IMG/VR virus record: IMGVR_UViG_3300028666_000022 | Span: 62,001 to 126,000 of that record | Length of the DNA: 64,000 nucleotides | Reading direction: 5' to 3' (one strand) | Part shown: piece after piece, positions 34,772-43,733 of the stretch | Layout: each line of letters starts with the position of its first letter | Position numbering within the stretch: position 1 is the first letter of the stretch | The notes under the pieces: generated by a model | What the model was told of the DNA's origin: nothing | What the model saw: the letters and a program-made list of their open reading frames with translations, nothing else | Databases searched by the model: none | Translations under genes and position numbers: made by a program

Positions 34772-35770
34772 ATGAAAAAGATTTTAATTATATTATCAGT
34801 TCTTTTGTTTACATTTACTGGATTTTCACAATCAAGTATATTTCTAAACAAAATTTCTGATACTGAATTATCCCAAGCATATACAACAACCTTTTATGAA
34901 GGTCATCAAAGAAAATATAATAAAACCATTGAAGATTTTATTCAAGAATTTATTCAAGAATATGGTAAAGATGAATTAAATCTAGTTCTTTCTAAAATAG
35001 AAGATAATACACTTGACGATTATCTTAAATCTATTGATGATAAAGAATTAAATTTTGAAATAATTGCACTTAATTACGTTCTATTGAATAAACTTTCATT
35101 TGTTTCAAATGGTAAAATTTTTGTACTTACTTATGAACCAATAAAAAGTAGAAAATCATTTGATAGGGACTTAGATATTATTAGTGAAAAAAATTTATAT
35201 CTTTATCGTAGAGATGATGATGGTTGGAAAAAAGCATCTGATTTAATTAGAGTTGATTTCTTTTCTGATGTTTCGAGTAGAGAAGTAGATTATCATACTA
35301 CACATTTCAATGATGGTGAAGAAGTATTTTCTCCATATAGGTTGGGTTTCGGTATTGTTAAAAAGACTTCAAATAATTGGGTTTACATTACTTTTAAAAC
35401 AATATCTTGGCATTCTAATGTTGGTTATCAGAATTATAATTCAATATTAGTTTTAGTTCCCAAAGATAATAAAGAATATAATATATCTTTATTTGAACCA
35501 GAAAATAAGATTGGTAAAATAATTAAAAGATATCCTCTAAAGGTTTATAATTATAGTAATCAAATTTGGAATGAATATTTAAAAGACATAAATCTACCAG
35601 TATTATATGGTTTAAGTAAAATAGAATATGTTGAAATAGATAATGGTTTAACAATAAATTATTTCGATGGTAATAAAAATAAACCAATTACTGCGGGAAC
35701 ATTAAAATTCGAAAAGATTGATAATCAGATTATTTGTAGTGGTACAATTAAAATGAATAAAATTAAATAA
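34772..35770 (+). CDS. Secreted hypothetical protein
   Basis: Signal peptide MKKILIILSVLLFTFTGFSQ; promoter copy at 34721. Confidence 0.7.
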   Translation: MKKILIILSVLLFTFTGFSQSSIFLNKISDTELSQAYTTTFYEGHQRKYNKTIEDFIQEFIQEYGKDELNLVLSKIEDNTLDDYLKSIDDKELNFEIIALNYVLLNKLSFVSNGKIFVLTYEPIKSRKSFDRDLDIISEKNLYLYRRDDDGWKKASDLIRVDFFSDVSSREVDYHTTHFNDGEEVFSPYRLGFGIVKKTSNNWVYITFKTISWHSNVGYQNYNSILVLVPKDNKEYNISLFEPENKIGKIIKRYPLKVYNYSNQIWNEYLKDINLPVLYGLSKIEYVEIDNGLTINYFDGNKNKPITAGTLKFEKIDNQIICSGTIKMNKIK

Positions 35771-35783
35771 ATCTCACACATGG

Positions 35784-36025
35784 ACAGTACGTAATAACAT
35801 ATAATTTATATTAACTCTTTATGGTCGAAACCATTGGCGATACTGCAATCACCTCTATTCCATTATCAAACCGATGTTTGGAATTGCTTTTATTAGCTAT
35901 TATTTTTAATTCAACATCTAAAAGATATTGTCTTGCTAAATTGTTTAACTTTTATGATTTTACATTACCAAAGTATTAATTTAGGTAATAACCACAATAT
36001 ATCAAAGAACGTAAAGATAAATACT
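35784..36025 (-). ncRNA. Stand-alone TnpB omegaRNA cassette B; predicted guide CCATGTGTGAGATTTATTTA
   Basis: 35816-35891 matches 4111-4187 (2 substitutions + 1 loop indel); same ACAGTAC end; leader shared with cassette A. Confidence 0.8.
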
Positions 36026-36074
36026 ATAAATTTTGAAAATTTTAAATAAATTTATATAAAAATTATAATAAGTT

Positions 36075-36800
36075 ATGAACAGCATTTTATTAAATAACAT
36101 AGTTTTTAAAACGCAATCATTTAGAAAAAATTTTGATTTAATTCTTAAAAATGAAAATATTATAACTGAATGCGAAGGTACTATATCAGAATTGAGAATA
36201 TCTGAACGTAAATTACCTTTAGTTATTGGTGAATATGGTTTCTCTGTTTGGAATATATCATTAGCTAAATTATTAAATATAGATTTAATTAAATTAATTA
36301 AATCACATGAATTAGAAAATAGTTATGATGAATTAATTAAACTTATCGAAAATAATAAATTTAGCATATTTAATTATGACAAAATAGTTATAATACATAC
36401 TTTATTAATTCATCCTGATTATCGAAAATCAGAAATAACTGAAGAATTTATTGAATGTATATATAGAGAGTATCATTCAAATAATACTGCAATAATTGCA
36501 TTAGTTAAACCCATACAAGATAATATCATCGATTCTGATTTTTATTTTAATCATAAAACAATTTCAATAAAAAATAAAATTGGAAACACTAATGAATGTA
36601 ATTTAATTCCAACTATTGAATATTATTCTTTAAAAGATCTAATGAAAAATAAAGACAAAGAATTAAATGAATATAAATTATTTGCTGTTGCGAATAGATG
36701 TGGATTACAGAGAATAGAAGATTCATATTTATTTTTATTTTCTCCCGAAAAGACTGTTAAACGAATTAAAGAGAAAAATAATATAAAAGTTAAGTTTTGA
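36075..36800 (+). CDS. Hypothetical protein (possibly degenerate GNAT fold)
   Basis: LLIHPDYRK motif only. Confidence 0.5.
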   Translation: MNSILLNNIVFKTQSFRKNFDLILKNENIITECEGTISELRISERKLPLVIGEYGFSVWNISLAKLLNIDLIKLIKSHELENSYDELIKLIENNKFSIFNYDKIVIIHTLLIHPDYRKSEITEEFIECIYREYHSNNTAIIALVKPIQDNIIDSDFYFNHKTISIKNKIGNTNECNLIPTIEYYSLKDLMKNKDKELNEYKLFAVANRCGLQRIEDSYLFLFSPEKTVKRIKEKNNIKVKF

Positions 36801-37693
36801 AAAAACAAATAAATATATCAATATTATATTTTCCAATTATTTTAAAAAGAATTGTTGTAATATTACTATTGTTTTTATTATCACCATTGAATTCTAAAAC
36901 TATTGATATTAAACCCATTCATAATAGAATTAGTTTAGAAAACGAAAATCTGGAATTAAGAAAACATTTGAAATTAATGGAAGATAAATTAACTAATTTA
37001 GAAAAAGATATCAATGTAATAATTGAGTATGATAAACATGTTTATGCTAAATTATTAGATATTAGTGATGATACAATTAGTTTTTCAAAATATTATAACG
37101 ATACTATTAATTTAAATAAAGATAGATTTGATTCAATCATTATTAATCTTAATTATAAAAGTAAATATGTTTCTCAATTAATTGCTTTTCAATTAAAAAA
37201 ATTTATTAAAGAATCTAAATTAATTCAGAAAAATAAAAAAATTTTAACATATTACCCAACAATAGCCCCAATTAAAACAAAAGATTTTATTTGTATAACA
37301 ACAGGCTTTGGTTGGACTATTCATCCAATATATAAGATGCCAATATTTCATGAAGGAGTAGATATTTCAGCAAAAATAAATACACAAGTATTTGCTTCTG
37401 CTAATGGTATTATAGATGATGTCTTATATAGTAAATATGGTTATGGAAATCATATTGTAATTAGACATTTATATGGTTTTGAAACACTTTATGCACATCT
37501 TAATTCGATCTATATTAAAAAGGGACAATATGTTAAAAGAGGGCAGTTGATTGGAACTGTTGGTGATACTGGTATGTCAACAGGTCCACATTTACATTAT
37601 GAGATACATAAAAACGATAAATCTGTTGATCCTCTTGGTTATTTTTATACTTATATTACTGAAGAATTAATTAACAAAAAGAAAAATAAATAA
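36797..37693 (+). CDS. M23 family peptidase
   Basis: HEGVD, YAHL, STGPHLHYEI; N-terminal TM and coiled coil. Confidence 0.92.
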   Translation: MKKQINISILYFPIILKRIVVILLLFLLSPLNSKTIDIKPIHNRISLENENLELRKHLKLMEDKLTNLEKDINVIIEYDKHVYAKLLDISDDTISFSKYYNDTINLNKDRFDSIIINLNYKSKYVSQLIAFQLKKFIKESKLIQKNKKILTYYPTIAPIKTKDFICITTGFGWTIHPIYKMPIFHEGVDISAKINTQVFASANGIIDDVLYSKYGYGNHIVIRHLYGFETLYAHLNSIYIKKGQYVKRGQLIGTVGDTGMSTGPHLHYEIHKNDKSVDPLGYFYTYITEELINKKKNK

Positions 37694-38460
37694 TAAAACT
37701 TAAATTTATGAAAAAAAATAATTTTACTGGTTACTTTGATGATAATAATGAACCGATTTTTGTTGGTGATAAATTAAAAAGTGAATGGAATTACGAAATT
37801 ATTGTTGTAAAAGATAGTGATAATAGTTATTACGGAAAATTAATTTGTAATGATAATCACAGTTGTAAAAACATTCCATATGCTCTTAATAATGGAAGTG
37901 GATATTGTAAAATTAACCTAATTGACAATTAATAAATTTAACATAATATGATAACTTATCTAAAAACAATTCACGAAGAAACCTATAGTGATAATAGTAG
38001 AACTCTTGGAGTTTTATTAAATTATAATGATGATGAATCATTTAAAGAAAGTTTTGTTTATATTTATCGTGATAAGACATACATTTTCTTTGAAACAATA
38101 ATTAACATGATCGATTATCTAATGTATGGAGAAGTTAAAATGAAACGAGCATATATGGAAGAATCTGAATTTGATTTATTGTTGGATGCAGAGAATATTG
38201 ATGGTAAATTTAGTAAAAAATTAAAATGGTGAAATAAGATGGCTACACATGTAAGAATTAAAACTGATTCGGATTATCTGGTGCACATAGATACACACAA
38301 AAATAACTATACTTTATGTGGACTTGAAATTGCGGGAGATAAAAGATTCGAAATTATGCCTTCGGAGTTAGTTCCTAATAAGAGAGTTAATTGTCCAATT
38401 TGTATTGAAATAATAGAGTTTTGTAAAGCAATTAATAGATATGAATATATTTAAAAATTA

Positions 38461-38496
38461 ATAATGGTGACTAAAATTAATTTTAATCACCATTAT
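38461..38496. terminator. Bidirectional terminator at a strand switch
   Basis: ataatggtga / tcaccattat. Confidence 0.7.
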
Positions 38497-38970
38497 TCTA
38501 CTTCTATTTTACTAGAATATATCATTCTTTATATTTTTTCAGCAAAGAATCTAACATTAAATAATCACCTTCTGTTTTACAGATAGGGTTATTGAAACCA
38601 AAAATATAAACTCTGTAATCATCATTTAATTCTTCTAAATCATTTGTAATTAATTCAATATCATTATACATTTTAACATAATAACAATATTTTTCACCAT
38701 CATCTTCATCATCAAATCTTTCAAAACCATTCTTTAATAAGAAATCTTCTGTAAGCAAATTATTATTTGAAGATAGATTATCTAATATTTTTGCCATTGA
38801 TTTTTCTTTATTGTTACAAGATATAATATCACCCAATAGTGGAAAACCTAATTCTAATCTTTGTTTATTAATTTCTCTCATATTCTTAATTATTTAAATT
38901 CTAAAAACAACCACATCAACTCGTAGGATTGTTAATGTGGTTTAAATGATATATGTGGATCATTTTCGTA

Positions 38971-39759
38971 TCATAATTGCCTTAATTCATTCATTAATTG
39001 AATAACTAAATTTGTTTGTGTTGCTGATTGAAGAGCAACAAATTCTAATGCTTCTTCTGGTTTATCACCAATTGTGTTCCAATAAAATTTAGATAATTCA
39101 GGTAGATCCATTAAATCAACCGTTTTCTTTAAATTAAGAAAATCAGCTACTAACATAAGCGAACAACAATCATTACCATTAAATTTCCAAACATTACAAG
39201 TATCAACCATAATTGACTCCCAAGGTTTGGAGTTTAAACAATTTTTAATGATAAGTGGAAGTTGTTTATTTACTCCAAATTCTTTCTTTTCTTTATTTAT
39301 TAGAAACCTTTTAACTAACATTGGTATATCATAATTAGTTATATTATGTCCACATAGTGTTGGAAAATATTGTGGTGTAGATTTTACCCCTTCACTACTA
39401 AGTTGATGTAATACATCGAAAAATGTGGCTATTACTATTTCTTCTTTTTCGTTAACTATTTTCTTAAAGAATCTTTTTATTGTTCCATTTTCACTATATA
39501 ATGTAGCGTATGTTATTGCTACAATTTTACAAAATTCTGGATGATAAACTGCTTTACTCTGATAAACATCATTTAATGTTTTTGTTTGAGTAAATTCATT
39601 TTGATATTTACTATTAACAATATCATACCATCGTTCATATAAGGCCGAATTTTTCTCTTTTAGTTCATCAAGAGTAGGATATTCCAATACGCCTTTAATA
39701 TTAAAAAATAGCATATTATAAATGCTTGCTTTGTTCAGTACTTCATCAAATAGTTGCAT
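38971..39759 (-). CDS. PolB-like 3'-5' exonuclease-fold protein (possibly inactive)
   Basis: PEFCKIVAI, LCGHNITNYDIP, KPWE, DTCNVWKF; Exo I motif degenerate (FFNIKG). Confidence 0.65.
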   Translation of the reverse strand: MQLFDEVLNKASIYNMLFFNIKGVLEYPTLDELKEKNSALYERWYDIVNSKYQNEFTQTKTLNDVYQSKAVYHPEFCKIVAITYATLYSENGTIKRFFKKIVNEKEEIVIATFFDVLHQLSSEGVKSTPQYFPTLCGHNITNYDIPMLVKRFLINKEKKEFGVNKQLPLIIKNCLNSKPWESIMVDTCNVWKFNGNDCCSLMLVADFLNLKKTVDLMDLPELSKFYWNTIGDKPEEALEFVALQSATQTNLVIQLMNELRQL

Positions 39760-39853
39760 AGTTTTTATTATTTAAATTGTTATTATTTACATTAATTTTC
39801 ATTACAAATATAAGACTATTTATAATAAATAACAATATTTTATAAAAATTTTT

Positions 39854-40237
39854 ATGGAAAATAATAAAGTTCATTTTCATGATATTCGTAGAGTCTTCTA
39901 TGATATTTTACGAGACAACAATTCTGATAAGTATTCCATGACTAAATTTGCAACATTAGCAATTCTAATAGTATTATTATCTACTGTCGGAATAAGTTTA
40001 ACAATCATGTGGCAAAAGAAAGAAATTGATCATGTATTAATTGGTGAATTAATTGGTTTAATCTTAACTCTTCTTGGGTTTAAAAATAATTTTGGTTTTT
40101 CAAGTACCAAAGGTAATCAAACTGCAGATTTAACTGGAAATCCTAATTTAACTCAAAACGATAAACCAATTGTTGATGATCCTGCAAACGCAAAACAATT
40201 ATTAACCGAAGAAATTAAAAACATTGAGAATAAGTAA
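39854..40237 (+). CDS. Two-TM membrane protein, holin candidate
   Basis: Two hydrophobic helices and a charged C-terminus. Confidence 0.4.
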   Translation: MENNKVHFHDIRRVFYDILRDNNSDKYSMTKFATLAILIVLLSTVGISLTIMWQKKEIDHVLIGELIGLILTLLGFKNNFGFSSTKGNQTADLTGNPNLTQNDKPIVDDPANAKQLLTEEIKNIENK

Positions 40238-41570
40238 TTCTTTATTGAAGATTAAACATAAAATGAAAGAATTTAGATAAAACATTTCTATTATTTTTAA
40301 TTTCATTATGAATATTCCTCACATCACTAATTGAATAACTTTTTAGTTGATATGAGGAATATTTATTTTTAGAATGTTTTAAAATAAAAGTAATTAATTT
40401 ATCTTTCTCAATCTCAATGATTTTCTTTTTTTCCTCAATTTCAGCTAATAAATCATCAGCAATTTGATTAAATTCATTAGCTGTTTTATTTTTATTTCTT
40501 TCTAAATCTTCATTAAGATATTCTGAAAAAGATAAATAATCCTTATCATCGTCATCAAAATCGATTGATAATATTTTTTTATCGAGAGGCATATAAATAA
40601 TTATTCTGTGGATTTATCATCAATTACAACTTCATCTACTTTCTCAATAATTTTACTTTTTGTTTTTTTATCTTTTTTTACTTTGTTGTCTTTAATTTCA
40701 TTAACAAATTCATCATTAAGTTTTTTAAATGAATTTTCTTTTAATTCATCTAATTCCTTATAAAACTCTTTTGTTTGATCTTCAAAACTTTTTTTCCATT
40801 CTTCCATTTTATCTGCAAACTCTTTTTCTTTTGTAGCAATCTTTTTATTGGTATCGATAATATTATTCACAAAAAGAAATAAATCATCAGAAATAATATC
40901 ATTATTTTTTGGAAAAACCTTAATTAACTTACCTTCATCAGTTTCAAGAATTATTTCACATCCAATTTCAGTGTTTTCACTAAAAACCCAATTTTTTGGT
41001 ATACCAATTTCAAGCTCATATATACCTTGCATTGTATTTCGCTTTAAGGTTGCAAAATAACCTTCTAATGGTTCTAATGCTGATTCAATTTCTCCCATTT
41101 ATTTTAAAATATAAGTAAAAAATATTGCTAATGAAATCCATAATACTATTTTTTCTAAATTATTTAGAAAAAACCTAGTATTTTCATTCAATTTAAATCT
41201 CCCATACATTTTTATAATTAAATCACCTAAGATATAAACTATAAAAATAATGGAAGAAATAAACAAAAATTTATATAATTCTATTACTGTATTCATGATT
41301 TATTCTCCATGACTTTGACCTTGATGTACTTGTCCTGCTGGTTGTTGAACATTTACTTGTGGTTGGGAAACTGGTTCTTGAAAATATTGTTCAGCTAATA
41401 CTAAATTTGCGTTTATTATTGAAATATTTTTCAATCTAACTACCATATCATTTATTTTATCTTTATAATTTGTATTGGGGTCTTGAGCTAAACGAACTAA
41501 TTCAAGTTCTTCATAATACTTATCATTTTTCAATTTGTTTAATAGATCTAATTTTAAATTTGCCATAATT

Positions 41571-42025
41571 TTAATTTATTTTTAATAATGTTATTTTTGT
41601 TATACTAAAGAATATTTTTCTATTGTTTTATTTGAAAATGCATTACAAAATTCTGCTTCATAATCTTCAGAAATTGGAGTAATATTAAATTTTTCAACTA
41701 AAAACGAATGTTTATTCTCATTATTAGAAAAATCATCATATTCATTCTTACATTTATGAATAATATCAACAAGTTCTTCTTCTGTAATATCAATTTCTCT
41801 AACAATTCTATAAATTGTTGGAAATATCATTGTTTCAAAATCTCCAGTTATAGTGGGTATATGATTTTTCTTATTCTTAAGAAATTTTAACACATATTCC
41901 AATGCATTAGCTACCTTTTCTTTTCGTTCATCAATTATTCCTTCTAGTAATCCAATCTTTTCCCATCTTTCAAGTGGAGATTTTTTCATTTAATTTGTTT
42001 TTAATAATGTTATTTTTATTATACT
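41571..42025. repeat. 36-bp direct repeats (41571-41606 and 41990-42025) flanking ORF 41600..41989
   Basis: 34/36 identical. Confidence 0.8.
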
Positions 42026-42552
42026 TCTGTTATATACAATTTTGTTCTATTATAAAAATCTTTTCTTGAAACCAAACCATTTTGACCACCATTAATAATT
42101 TTAGTTATAGCAACAATATTATCCGCATCAGCTAGTGCATTTAAATTATGTTGATTCCAAAACCAACAAGCAGATTCTACTGCATAATCTGGCTTTTCTA
42201 ATGTTTCTGGATTAGAAAGTAAAATATCATTTCCAAATAATGCTTGTGAACATTTTTCATAATTTGCTCGACCAGTTATTTGAATAAGACCACGACCCTT
42301 AAATTTTATTCCATCACCAGAATTTATATTACCCAAATCTTTACGTTCTTCATATGCACTTCCAGACGCAATTTCAGCTAGATAGTTAAATGAAGCACTC
42401 TCATGAGCAACTTGTGCAATAAAATGTCTTATTCGTAATAACGAATTTATTCCAAGATTAGGCATGTGTTTATTTAATGGATCAACTAAATCTTTTAGTC
42501 TATTATTATCAGCATAGGGACAAATATTTTTTAAAATTTCTACTGTTAACAT
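42019..42552 (-). CDS. GH19 family endolysin
   Basis: HFIAQVAHES, DGIKFKGRGLIQITGRANY, SACWFW, TKIINGG. Confidence 0.93.
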   Translation of the reverse strand: MLTVEILKNICPYADNNRLKDLVDPLNKHMPNLGINSLLRIRHFIAQVAHESASFNYLAEIASGSAYEERKDLGNINSGDGIKFKGRGLIQITGRANYEKCSQALFGNDILLSNPETLEKPDYAVESACWFWNQHNLNALADADNIVAITKIINGGQNGLVSRKDFYNRTKLYITEV

Positions 42553-42581
42553 TTAAACACTATTAAATCAAATTATTTTTG

Positions 42582-42654
42582 AGCAGGGAGTTGGATTCGA
42601 ACCAACATCTCAACACTGGAGGTGTAAAGCATTAACCAATTATGCTATCTCTGC
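42582..42654 (-). tRNA. Atypical tRNA-Gly(TCC) or pseudo-tRNA
   Basis: GCAGAGA acceptor; GCAT/ATGC D arm; GTTGG-TTCGAAT-CCAAC T arm; loop CCTCCAG; U discriminator. A-C and U-U mismatches and C33. Confidence 0.7.
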
Positions 42655-43733
42655 TTGTATAAAAATTAATAAAACAAATGTAATAATAAATATTTTATGT
42701 TGCAAGAGTTTTTAAACAATTTCCAAAATATTTTTTTCTTGATTAATTGATAAATCAAAAACACTATATACTTCAACTAAAATATTAATTATACTTTTAT
42801 TTTTTTGTTTCTCAATATCAAAAATATTTCTCCAAAATTTTTCATGAAGAAGAAATAATGTATTATCATTTTCACCTTCTTTTTTATAAAATTGATTATA
42901 ATAATATTCATAAAAATAATCTCTTAATCCAACATTATTACTGAAATCAATTCCCTCTAATTTAAATTCATCACAAACCTTGTTGTAGCACCAATTATAA
43001 TGATTTCTTATATCAGTATCTTCACTTAATGTTTGTTTATCCAAATAAAAATCTACTATATAGTTAAGTAAATTAATTGTGAAATCCTTATAGATTTCCA
43101 CTCTGTCTTTAATGATAATAAATTTCTGATTTGTAGACATCTCACTGCACCAATTAATAAAATTATTTTTTCTTTATCAAAATAAGTTATAATTTATTAT
43201 AAATACTTTAATGAAAAAAGGCACTGAATTAATTTCAATGCCTTTGTAAAGATAGAAAAATAATTTTAAATATCCTCGGAATATTATAAATAATAATAGT
43301 AAATATTTTTATTTATAATACATTTTAATAAAATTATCATATTCATTTCTTGTGATATTAAGTTCTTTAGTTATTTTATTAATTCTTTTATTGTTTAAAA
43401 TAATTGCAATTAATATTATTAAAACAATTGAAACTATTATCATTAAATATGTTATTATAACAATATGTATAATTGGTTTTGAAATATTTAAAATAGTACC
43501 AATAAAACCAATAAAAAATAATAACATTAAAATATCATTAATTGCATTACTTAATATTAATCTTCTTTTTTCATTTTCTTTAGAAAAATATTTATAAATA
43601 AATATTATAAACTTGTTTGGTAAATGTTTGTAGTAAATACTATTAAAATAATCTCTAGTTATGTTTTCCATGTTGTTAATTTATTATAAATACTAGCAAA
43701 CTAGCCATTTACAATAAATTAACAACATTTTAA

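Noticed and set aside
41012-41021. 10-nt match (aagctcatat) to the start of the cassette A guide
   Set aside because: Too short; a match this long is plausible by chance in 64 kb of AT-rich DNA
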